DNA from: Somniosus microcephalus
Taxonomy: Eukaryota
Direction: 5' to 3'
NCBI GenBank assembly: GCA_052327205.1
Contig: CM126206.1
Location: forward strand, 72,230,001-72,294,000
Length of the DNA stretch: 64,000 nucleotides
Of this stretch, positions 21,301 to 34,157 are shown one piece after another. Position numbers and translations under genes: made by a program. Numbering within the stretch: the stretch's first letter is position 1; every line of letters starts with the position of its first letter. The notes beneath the pieces were generated by a model. It saw nothing but the letters and a program-made list of their open reading frames with translations. It searched no databases and was not told where the DNA came from.

Positions 21301-24300
21301 AGCACTGTACATTTCCAACATTTAATAAATGAATTCAGCACAATTATAGGAGAAACACATTTTTATGAGTACACGGTGTGCTCTGTTTTTCAATATTTAA
21401 GTACAACGTAACAGCAATTATAAAGCAGTGAGATGCACATTTGTGAAGTTCGGCATCATTTAGTGACGGATCCAGTAACAACCACGATAAGACATACCAA
21501 TGAGAATGTGTTGTCTGGACATAATGGCATGTCAGTGACTTAAAAAAAATCTGGTACGCGTTATTCAAGCTTACGAGTTATACTTGACATTGTTTTCATA
21601 ATAATCTAATGCAAACACTGTAGCAACATCAAATAATCACATACTTGCAAGCATGAGGCTGGTGCAAACTTGTTTTTCTCTAAATGCTCATTAAAAACGC
21701 CCTGAAATTCCAACTGAAATGGAGATAACGTTAAAGAGGCATACTTCAACTTTATTCTAAAAAGGTAAAAAAAAGTTAACAGATTGCGTTGTAGACTTCA
21801 TTCTCATTCCGTTTATATCTTTAATAAAAGTGTTGCTGCACACATTTAGCAAATCCTAATGTTACAATCTGTAGAGAAACCACCAGCATTTCGAACGATG
21901 TTCTGGTTTATAATACTGCACATTCTTGTAAAGTATTAATCAGGTTTTCGTCATATCTGTCACCTTTGCTTGGTTCACTTAGTAACAGAAAATAGAATAG
22001 TTCCTCTGAAAATTGAATGTAATTGTTTAAAAGTAAAAGTTTAAATGCAGGTGCGTTTGATGGGCATCAAATGTGATATTCTTCATTAATAAACAATAAA
22101 CTATTTATGACTATGTTAATTGTTATTGTGAGCAAGGTGTCATGTTTAATTTACATTCTCTCTATGCCTACCCAAATATCAAACCAGCATTAATTTGTTA
22201 TTCTGCAGTTAGTAGATGTAAATTTCTAAATGAATAGTCAGATGCCTAGAATAAGGGATTAAAAAATAATTTGCAAGGACATACAAAAACAATTACCGCT
22301 ACCAATTACAGAAGAATCTGCAAATTGCGTTAAAATATGGGATTTAAAAGCACCTGATTTATACTTTAGACAAGTGTGTTGTTAACCACAACATTGCTTC
22401 GTTTCTCCGGCCTACAGATGATAACATTAGTGTTTGCTAAGAGTTTACAGTATGATATCATTTGATCTTGGGGTTTAGAAAGGAAATTTTAACAAGTTCT
22501 AATAGAAGCTGAAATTCTGGTGTTTTCGATTTGAGGATAATGGTTAGTTGGCTTTGAAGCTTGGGTTGCATTTTTTTTCACATCTCGGCTGTTCTACCTA
22601 ATGAATATGACTTCGAACACGGTTCAGCGGTTTGAAGGTGCAATTACACAACTGTACCGTTCGTGCGAATCAGTTTGGCTTTGCAAAGGCACTGTGCACA
22701 GGAGCATTTATCCTATATAGGATAAATACACCCTGAATCTGCACCAGGGCTCTCTACCTGACATCGGACAGTTTGGATTCAGTTCGGGCCTTAGCGCCCT
22801 ACACAAGTTTAGCACGACGCCAAGCCAAAACCGTATCACAGCAGTAGTAAACATTGTAAGTGTACACCGAGAAGAATTGTATCATTTTGCATGGTTCCAT
22901 TAAGTTTCTAAAATTGCGGCGGTTAAGATTTCCGATGGCACAAAATCCAAAAATGTTTGCTATACACACGCTGGCTTCTCCACATTGGCTTCAATGTTCT
23001 CGATGGCTATACTGAAATTCGGGAGGGAGGAAGAGAGAAAGGGCAAGAGACGCGCTGCTTTTTGCAGCAGAACTTCAGCATGTGCACGTATTGCACAGGC
23101 CATCGCTAAACATTTTACATTTGTTCCGTTGCGACAATAATTGAAAGCAGGCTGGGATTTGCTCGTGGCTGCGGTGACTAACGCTACACGCAGGGCATGT
23201 GCTCAAGTTGTTCTGAGGTTTGACCATTGCACTCTGCGGTGGAAGGAAGCACCGAGGCGCGCAGGCGCGCTTCAGTGTTTCCCAAAAGGGCTCAAGCGCG
23301 CGAGCCGGCAGCAGCGCCCGCCAAAAGAGTCACGTGGGCGGCGAGCAGCCGCTCTGCGGGCTGCAAAAACCTGCCCTCCTTTGTCATTCAATACAAGGGA
23401 AGGGGAAGATAAGAGAGAGGGGAACGCGTATGTAGAACATTAGTCAGCCTGCCTGCCCGACGCATTAGGTGAAAAACACAGCTAGTTCATAACATGTGAA
23501 AATAAGGCAAACACAATTTGACGAGCCCGTAAAACATCTGAAGCAAATTCGGCTGACTGTCGTCATGTGATTGAAACACTGAGCGTGATCGTTTAGCTAG
23601 CGTTATTTCCAACGCCAAATACTCGGTGCTTTCTGTATGTGCGATTTCAAACTTAATCCTTTCTGTCCAGGGTATTTAAATGTGAAACGCTGGTACGAAA
23701 TGTCAAGGCGAGAAAATAAAAAGCTGCTACTACCTGAAAAACGTTTACATACATGGCATGTTACCACTAACCGTTCACTCAGCTCTTGTACAAGTTACAA
23801 AAAGAAACTGCTTGTTTGTGAGAAAAGGAAATCCGCTCGTTGAGCAAAGAGCTAAAAAAGATCATGCAGGAGACAAGAACGTTACCCACCACTGACAACG
23901 GAAACAGGAAGCAGTTATCTGATTAAAACATTTACTTAGAATTTTGATGTAATATTTTTAAGGTACTCATGAAACACTTGTATGTTTTTGTTAACGTCAC
24001 AATGACACCTAACTTATGACATTTTCAATATACTTATGAACCCCAATAAAAGATCTTAATATTGATAATAAAGGGCGCACTTCCTGACCTCTCCGAATTA
24101 AAGTATAAATCTAGTTTACACTCGATTTTCAAGTGTAGGAACACCAGCCTGCGTTAAATTAAATTAGTTCTTTTTATTATCTAAAGGATCGCTAAGCGAG
24201 TATTGTCGCGTTTAAGAACCCTGCAGTCACGTTTACTTTTTTAGCACAAAGAAAACGTGTGTTAAACTTAGATTGTAACGTTGATATGTATTTATATCTA

Positions 24301-26159
24301 GTTTTCAAAGGTGCACCATAAGGCCATGGATTGTTTTCAGAGACGCCACCAACGTTTACATTTAAACTAACACATTGACATTGGATCTTTTTGTATTATT
24401 TGATTACCTGACACTACCGTGAGGCATGGACAACCTGGTGGAACCTTAAACACCTGGACAAGCTGCTCCTTTTTGTAGGCCAGGAAGTAATACATTAGAT
24501 CATATACGTCTTTTTTAAAACAACTGTGATAACTGCGTATCTGTTAAAACATTTACAGAACACCTTAAAAAGAGTACAGATCAGGAAGAGACTTTGGATG
24601 ACGGTGGGTACGGTATTCGCCGGTTGGAAGTGTGACTATAAGGTCGGAAATAGTGTATTTACTTATTTCAGTAAAATTGCCTTTGTTGATCATATTGGAA
24701 CTAGGGAGGCAGTGCCGTCACATCTCTGGCGTTCACCTTTGCACCCCGAATTCAAATCAAGAGCAGAATATTTGAACAAATTCGTCCGACTACTCTCCAT
24801 CTCCCCAAACCTCTGCCTTCCCCCTTTCCCCTTTGCCCATAAATTTATAAGGGAATGAGTCCAGTGCTGAATTCACAATGCAACATTCACTCAATTGTCT
24901 GAAAAGGCCATAAAGATGATATGGGAATGTCACACTTGTACGGCGATGGGAGAGATTACTTTTGTGAATTAAAGATTAAGGTACTTAGAATTTGCCAAGT
25001 GGGAACTATCTGATCCACTCAGTGTGCTAAATGGGTATAGGAAGTAAGGGGAGCTCCAGTTCTGGTGGCAAAAACTTTCATGGATCCCTCTCAAAATAAT
25101 CAGTCTCTAAGCACACTAATGGAAGAGGGATTTTTTTATCTACCCATGTCAATGCAAACCTAAAAGGTTTGTGCTGGCCTGATGCCCATGGGCCTTTCTC
25201 AGTCTGTTTGTACTCACTGTGAGAAAAGCACTGTTAACGCAGTTATATTACAAGTATCTTAATTACCTCAGCCAGTGTTTTTGTTTGCTTTACCTAGAAT
25301 GTTGTTAACCGTTATCTTACCTTCAACGCAAAGAGGCATATTTCCTCCGTGTATAAAGTTAAGGGGAATTCTTTTCTTAGCCTCTCATGAAATGATAATC
25401 TAGGGAAGACGAAAAAGTAAAGCTTTTTTATTTAACTCTGCACACTGGAAAATATGCCAGCCTCCAACAGCTACGTTGATTTGGTTCTGAGAGAAAGTTT
25501 TCCTGTCTACGTGAAAGCAATAGGAATGATCGCCCTTAGTAGAGATTTGCTGCTCAGGAGATATGCTGATTGCTTTGTACTTTTGTGCAAGTGAAGTGAA
25601 CTTTGAAAAATAATGCATTCATGTTCAATGAAATACTGCAAAGGTGATTTACAGTATTTAGATATGTGTTCAAACCAGAGCAAATGCGGCCCCATTAATG
25701 TAATCCACATACAAAGTCAACAACATTTACTCGCTATTGAATTCATATCAATTAATATCAAAAACAGCACGATACTGGTGTATGCATATCATGATTGCCC
25801 CAGACATCATCCACCTTATTCCCAGCTGCTTTCAATTGTAGATGTCAGAGTAACGAAACAGATTTGATTAGCGGTGAATAGGGAGATTCGATTTAAGTAT
25901 TGGGTGTTACTTAGCGTTCTTTCTTGTTTTAAGGAGTGAAAATGAAGGAAAGCCGATAAGCATAATCTTACACGGCGCCTGTTTTGAAAACATTTTCTTT
26001 GTCTATTTTGTGCTGTATTTATTGAAGGTAGTACCATAAGCTATGTCCAGAAAACTAAAACGTAGAAACACATTTGAAACATTTTAAAAGAAAGCAGAGG
26101 GATTATGTGTAACGTTTTAAGTTTCAAAAGATTAATCTAAAGAACCATTTCCAGTTCTA

Positions 26160-26320
26160 CTGTATTGCAATATCCTGTTTGGGGGAGAGCTAAGTACAAA
26201 GGGAACTTATTTTCTCAAACAGGAATATATATTTGGAACGATTCACTAGACAGGGTAGTAAAGAGATAAAGTTGTTCAAAATACAGTTGGCTGCAATGAT
26301 GAGAGGGTTAAGACTCGAAT
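26160..26320 (+). mobile_element. Old CR1 3' fragment
   Basis: gggaacttattttctcaaacagg...tggaacgattcactagacagggtagta resembles the CR1 'NFFTQRVV..WNSLPERVVE' coding region. Confidence 0.5.
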
Positions 26321-27499
26321 TATATTTCATCTGTAGTGCAGGCCAAGCACTGAGAGAGGGCTTTCTTTAGGGGATCTCACACTTGTTGGCTTTAGATGGA
26401 AATCTGACTCGGGAGTTGATCTCTCACTTTTGTTGACGCGCACCCGAAATCATTGGTCATTACGTAAACGTTGGAGTATAATTGCACCCCAAGGGTACTA
26501 GATTAATGAGATTTAATTGGTGTATAGCATTGTCTCCTCCATGACATCTCATCTTGTTACATACTATCTCTATCCTCTTTCATTTTTATGAGATTCAGTA
26601 CCAAGTCATGGCGCTTCTTTCCTTATGAAAAACCATAACATCGCCATAGTAATTTATTACGGAATATAATTTTATAGAAATACAATTTTAGCATTAACCC
26701 TTCTCTAGCTTGCACAGTGAGGATTATTTGATTACATCAGCAATTGTGAAAATCTTTCATAAAGCATCGACATTGTTTTGGATGTGTATACTCAACACAC
26801 CAAGACTGTATTGGACGAGTTTTGTTGAATTTACAAAATTGCAGATTATTATTGCTACTGAAATATATCTGCAACCTCTGATCATACTTCCTCAAGCACT
26901 AGCATATTCGGAAGAAATAGGAAACATAAAGTGAATACTAAGAGCTTATGCAAAATCATTAATTTTAATTGACCTTATAAGAAAATTAAAGCACGAGTTG
27001 CATTGTGCTTTTCCAATTTGGGGGCGCAAATAACTGTAATGTTCACTTGCCGGTTTATGTACAATATCAGCGACAGTAGAACAGTGCCAAAATACAGACA
27101 AAAGTACTGCCTCGGGTTTCCCTACAAACACAATTTGACCATCATAGAGGAGAAATTGTTACCAAGCCCCTGTAGAGACGGAGTTTGGACCGGCCACGAT
27201 GAAATAAGGCTAACTTAGACAATCATTGTTCATGTGTAGGTAGACATAAGTAGATAAACGGATGATAATGTATCGTGGGACGTCTTATACCTTTAAGGCA
27301 TCATTTAAAACAATATGACTTATTTAATACATAGTACCATCAAAGATTAAAGCTCCAACATCCTTTGCAATCTATCTTCTTGTTATAGTTTAAATTTATC
27401 AATACATTTTCCCCAAGAAGGCCATTAGAAAGTCAACTCTAATCAGCAGTGTTAACTGTGAACCTACGACAATGCCAAGAAGTTAACACGAAAACGGAA

Positions 27500-29267
27500 A
27501 TTGTAGCTTTCATTTCCCCAACACAAATTAGTTTGTATTATTTTAATGCACACCTTTCACTGGTTCGTGTTTACGTCTATCAAAACAGGAAAAAAATGTA
27601 GCAGAAGAGATTTTTGCAAGAAAATCATACATTTATAAATCTGATTTGTAGTACGATTGTCTACAGTTGATAATTCTAGTGTAGAAAATGACTCCTATAG
27701 TCATATGTAACCGTTTTGATGGAAGCTACCCTTTTCAATTACTTGAAGCTTATTACTTATGGGCCTAGTGTTAATTACTCTGTGGTGGTCCAAATGTTGT
27801 CAGTTGAGTGTCTGAGATTTAATTTTTATTTGCTATGGGGTGAAAACATTGTGTGAAATGTTCTTAAACTATTCTGTTTAAGATGGTCAACCACAGCCTT
27901 TTAATAAAAATGGCAACTAGTGAGTATCTGAAAACAGCACTGTTAGAAAATTCAAAAATCTTGAACTTTAAAGGTATAAATAGGTCTTTACCAACACTGT
28001 GTTTTCTGGCATGGGTTGAACAGACAATATCAGGCTCAATGCTGACCAAGATTCAACCTATGACAGTATCAGTGGAAAAATCCATTGCAAATAAGAGGAG
28101 CATTAATTTGAAAATATCATTTAAAGTATATTTAAATCTTTAAATATTACAATTTGAACAAGAGATCATTGGCTTGTCTAATTTAGAAAGTTTGCTAATA
28201 GTAATTCGGACAGTGTATTCAATTTAAATGAAAACAATGAAATGAATATTTCAAGTAAAACATTTATATATAGCTTAATACACATTATTTGCCTGTGGTA
28301 ATATACAGGGGTGGAATTCTCAAAAATAATTATTTGAATTCTCAGGGGTAGTATGTGCCTAATATATATAGAATATATTGGATGTTTGGCATCCATATGT
28401 ACATACTGCACCTTTGAATTTACTTAAGCATTTCTGAGATCCAGAAACTTAATTAGTCAATGGAATCACCATGTATAGTATTGTTTTACAGGCAATTCAA
28501 TTACTTCATACCCATTTTAGGTCTAAAATGATAAATCATTAAAACAATTTTATTTCGGGTTCATCAATTCAGTACTTTCTTATAGTATGTATACTAATGC
28601 TGCAGGAAAACATTTAACAACCAAAGATGTCAACATCTACTGTCAATCAGTTTTCACAGTGAAATGGCTACAAAGAATACATCTTTCTAATTTTCATTTC
28701 TCTTAAATTCCTTTTCAGTGGGTGTCATTGTGAAAAATCACTAGCCTTTTATATTTAATCTGTACAGCCAATATCACAATGCCTATTACCGGCAAATTAT
28801 AAGTATGTTGATATACAGATATAGTAAACTTCAATTCGATTAAACACAGTTATACAAAATATCTTCCAACGTTTACATCTTTACAATAATGTCCCACTCA
28901 GCTTTCCTTCCTTCATTTTCCATTCTGTGAACATGGTCTCCTTCACAGTCAATGAGACATTAAATCCAACGGCGTTAGGTGTAAATATCCTCAAATCTTT
29001 ACAGTACGCATTTCAGTGATGTAGATCCTTTACTAATTTGCATTCCCAGAAACTGGAAAATTGTCTTGCGGAGCAAAAGGTGTCGTCAAACCCATTTGTA
29101 GTAAAGCCACGTATTGTTTCTTGCTTTGAACCAAATGTACAAGTCACTACAAAGTAGTGATGTTAACAATGGTGACAATGCTAAGCATTCTCTATATCTA
29201 TATATTATCGCATGGTATGAACAGGTCTTCGAATATATGTATTGTACCATCTATTTGGCAAATACTG
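27500..29267 (-). other. BMI1: BMI1 3'UTR (distal end uncertain)
   Basis: Follows the TGA at 29270-29268; AU-rich; AATAAA candidates on the minus strand at 28554-28549 and 27830-27825. Confidence 0.6.
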
Positions 29268-32200
29268 TCAGCCTGATGATGCTGATGAGCCATTGACAGA
29301 TGATTTGCGTGCTCTGTTGTTGCTGAATGGGATCTGATGGTTGGTATTGGGGTTGGAGGAGCCATTCATGGTAGTGGATATATGAGGAAAGTGTGGATGT
29401 GGAGACTGCCCTGGAGTACAGGGGCTGGGCAGTGAGGATGATGTGGATGGTGCAGCAGCTGGGCTATTAGCCTTGTCACTCCCAGAGTCACTTTCTAACT
29501 CTCCACTGGTGTTATTTAATCCATCTTGTTGATGACCAATCTTAATTCTTTTGCACGTTGGCCGCACTCGATATTTTAAAGGAAGTGGTCCATTCTGAAA
29601 TAAAATGTTAGATACACTAGTAAGGATTGAAGGTCTGAGATTAAATTTTCCTTGACCATTAGAATAAGTAGATTGGACTTACCCTCCTCCATGTGTAAAT
29701 GTAGGCAATATCCATAAGAGTGTAATAATCTTTCAATGGTTCATCTTCATACATAACATCAATCTAAAGTGAAAAGAAAAGAATAATAACGTATATATTA
29801 AAGACAGTAGTATTTACCCAACTGCTTTCTTTGATCATTACAAAATATAACACCTCTCAGAACTCATTGTAGGTTTATACAAATAACAATGCATCACTGT
29901 AAAGAATGAAACAAGCAAAATACATAAGTTCACATAACACTACAAGTTATATGCATTGTTTTAGTAACTCATAGTAAGTCACAACAACATATAATCGAAT
30001 CCAACAAAATTAAGTAACTATGAATATACTTTGAAGCCAGATGAGAAAATTTAACCTGCCTTTCAGTCATGAATGATTTACTTGCCAGGATTGACAAGAA
30101 ATAAAACAATTTGTCAACTTGCAAATAACTACTGTGTATTTATCCCTCCATTCGCAAGCTCTCATTGTCCCATTCTGTGTTTTTTTGTTACATTTGATCC
30201 TTTGTGGTCGGTTGAAGTTCTTCCCTATCTCAATGATTAGATCCTTCTCAACACCATGGATGTGTTTGATTTTTTAAAATATTTATTAAAATTGGATGCA
30301 GTGGTAAACTATTTAATGAGTTCAAAAGCGTTCTGGATGGGAAAAATGAGTAACTTTGAAAACATCTCCAGCAACACCTTGAAGTAACTTACATTTATTA
30401 AAATAAAAACAGATTCAACTATCATTTTTTAAATTCCATTTCACAATACCATTTGTGCTGTAGTAATAAAATATACCCCATTCAAAACTGTATGCATATA
30501 ATTTATATGTGTGTGTGTACTGGGGCCTCCAAATCTCTTTACATACAATATTTCAGAGCTGTATTGTGGTAGAATAAATAAACAAATACATAGTTGAATG
30601 TTCTGCCTCCCAAACAAAACCAGTAAGGAAATAAAATCTTTCAAGATTATTTTTAATATTAGAACATAACACAAATAGTTTCCTTCTCAGATAGAACCCT
30701 ATTTATTCTTTATTAGAAATCATCATCCCTCTATAACTTTAATAAAGTGTAGCTCAATGTACCTGGAAGGTATGAGGGATGTCCATTTTACTCCTCAGGA
30801 ATTTTCTTAAATGCATCACTGTCATGGCTGCTGGGCACCGCAAATATCGTTTGTCATTCATCTAGAGAGAAAGAAAATCAAGATTTGAGATACAGTGGCA
30901 TTGCATTTGTTGATAAAGTGAATATTTCAGTTACTTTAAAATTAGTAGCAGCCTTGATTTTATAAATATGAAACTTCTTTCTATTTAATTAGTTAATCTT
31001 TGCTTGTTTAATGCCAGCTAAAATTAAGTATGTTTGTGCAAAACAGATAAATGTAAAGGAGTCACAGTTGACCATAGTTATATCACCTCATCTTTTGTCT
31101 TTTCTTTTTCTGCAGTTCCTTTTCGTTCAGTCCTGTTATACAAGACAGTCTCCATTTATTAATAAGAAAAAATGCAAAATCAAAAAGGTTTTTGATATAA
31201 TATACATATTATTTTGTGTGATTACTGTACTTACTTATTTTGTTCATAGAATTCTATTGACAAGCTAATGATTTCATCATCTGTTATAATCCTCTTTTCT
31301 TCTTCTGTAACTTCTCCCCTGTCTTCATTAGAGCCATTTGCTGCTGTACAATTTTGAATATTAAAGAAGCAATGATTTCAGAATATTTTCATGTACTTAG
31401 AGCCAATTAATCAATGCTTCAATACTAATTTAGAACATAAATCATCAGCAAATATAATTTGTATATATATTATTTTGGGACTACAAGGTGTCAAAGGAAA
31501 GCTGTACATTAGAAAACACTGTTAAAGCCGTGGCTCATTTTTCACATATTTTATACTTTTAGCAGCTAGGAAGCATGCCATTTTAAATGTCATTTAAGAC
31601 AGTTTAAACAGTTCTAAGAGCATAGAGTAAATTACACTGGTATTAACTGAAAGATTAACTTTGCCATACTGACAATTTTGGTGTGAACTCTAAAGGAGTA
31701 ACAGCATAAAATTATCCTGATATGTACCAACATAACAGAAAAATTAAAAATGTAACACAAGTGTGGGCCTAAGCAGAATAGTCTCCAATGCAACTATAAA
31801 TTCATTTTTATCTGATTAGACATAGATTTTTTTTTAAATGATAGCAACAACTACACTCTACAGTTAAGAGTTTTCAAAACTAAAAACCATTTACAAAATG
31901 TATAACAAAAATTACAGTGCAACAAATGCACCACACCGACATAAATGCTGAAAATCTTTAAAAAGTATCACTTTACTATTTTGTGAAAATAATTGAAAAT
32001 TTCTACTGGTGACTAAAACCTGTCCTTTTTCAAAAATACTCTAGTATTTTGTTTGTTAGGGAAGAATCACTACATTTTCGTAGCACACACTAACCAGCAG
32101 CAGAGGGATGAGCAGCATAGAAATCCCTTCTACGTTTCATTTCATCTATAAAGACAAAAGCCTATTAGTCATCTAATTGACAGAAAGAGGAATTCAATTC

Positions 32201-34157
32201 AAATGTAAATTTGTCTTATAAACAGACTACTGTGCTTACCTTTGAAAAGGCCAGGAACTAATTTATACACAATATCTTGTAAAGTCTTATCTGACCTAAA
32301 AGGATTTGAACACAAGTCAATTATCAATTATCATCACAACAGTCATATTTTACAACACTACAGAAAGATTTTATTCCACGTCATTTTATTCCACATAGCA
32401 TTCATCGATACCACTTCCATCTGCACAAGTAATAGTAGAACTAATTTATGTGAATGCCAAATAACTGTTCACTTTATTTGAACACAACAGTATTTCAAAA
32501 TGCAAACTATTTCTCACTTTTGGTCCTTTACATATGCTGTCATTTATTATAGAAATACTACACAAGTGGACCTATGTAGTCTGTAAACATAGTAAATGCT
32601 GTCATTTTTGGTGAAAAGTGTTCACTTAACAGGAATGTATCATGTTTATTCAATTGATAATTGATTGCTTATGTAGTTATTAACTGGAGCAACTAGATAT
32701 ATATATAGATGAGTTTTCAATTTCAGTTCTGGAGATGTGTGTATTGATTAACTGGGGTGGAACTATTTGTATTTTTAGAACAGATCAGAAAAATATTGAG
32801 CCTTGCATCATGTTTACTCATTTATACATTATTATTTGATCTATAAAAGTTTTAAATATATATTAGATATATTTTGCAATGCCACAGTGACATTTTCTAC
32901 CACATATTCAATATCATTTTCTTTTAGTGGAGTAATAGTAGAACTAAATTTAGTGAATCAAGTTTGCCATGGTTTTGTCTAAACTTTGTAAGAACTGGCA
33001 GGATAATGCCTGTGGCACTGTTCCATGCTTACTTTGGACTGTAATTGGAGATTTTTTTCATAAAATGTTTCAAATTAGTAAACCTGATTGATTGGGCAAC
33101 TTGAGCAAAAGGTGCTCACTTTAACAAAACTTGCAGCAAATGTGTTCAGTTATTCTTTTTAATTATCAGTTAACAACTAAAAAAAAGCAAAAATTTCCAA
33201 GTTCAGTTCACTCAGCAGAAACATCCACTTATTCGGTTGAAATGACTGTACAGTATTTCTAGAATAGTGCTGAATATTATCACTGAGCATTACATGATCT
33301 CAATTCTTGGAGCTACTGCCAAAGTTTTCCAAATAACCCATTGTGTATTTGTATCAAAACAGAATTTGAAAAACACCACATTCTTTATTCAATTATTGTC
33401 AACTACTTTCAAATGAGAAGTTTAATACCAATAAAACAGAATTACCATTTTCTTAGATTCCAGTTTACAAAATATCCATAGTAAGTGGGTAAGATAATCA
33501 CATGATAAACGTTTAATAAAGCACCTTCATTATCTTCAAGTAGTACTGCAGGACAGGCCCTGCAGTTTAGAAATGTATTACGTGAAATTGTCTCGCTGAA
33601 CCAACGCACAATTACAAACACTATCGTGTGTGGTTTGATAATTGTATTTTTGTCAATCTAACACGTATATCAGCTCTGTGTAGTACAGTAGTTCAATCAC
33701 ACTTCCCACACCAACACATTTAACGGTGTAATCAAATATTATGATCACCATAAGTACACGGATACATACCTAATGTTAAGAAGGGGCCTAGTTTTGTGAA
33801 CTTGCACATCGCAAATAGGACAGTACTTGCTCGTTTCCAAGTAACGGACGATGCAGGTCTTGCAAACTGTGAATAAAAGCAGGAATCGTGTGCGGTTATA
33901 CATAAATCGGTTGCAGTGGTTGACTTGGTAACAAGAAACGGTCTGTGACACCTTTGTTGATATACGTTAATACTTAATAGTGCTGTTTTCTCATTCCTAA
34001 CGTAAGCAAGCGACCTGCTGAGCTGCAGCGTGTCAGTATACTTACATGAATGTAGACACTCAATGATGGTTGTTGCATCTATGAAGTATCCTCCACACAA
34101 CACACACATCAAATGAGGATTCAGTTCTGTTATTTTGATTCGTGTTGTTCGGTGCAT
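29268..34157 (-). CDS. BMI1: Polycomb complex protein BMI-1 (PCGF4), 325 aa, RING + RAWUL + PS tail
   Basis: Coding exons 34157-34046 (112), 33866-33770 (97), 32295-32240 (56), 32145-32095 (51), 31343-31235 (109), 31132-31087 (46), 30861-30763 (99), 29763-29683 (81), 29594-29268 (327); all GT-AG, total 978 nt. Starts [57 protein letters not shown], ends [16 protein letters not shown]. Confidence 0.98.

Noticed and set aside
29261-29267. miR-200bc/429 seed match CAGTATT
   Set aside because: Directly abuts the stop codon, where terminating ribosomes usually prevent miRNA action.
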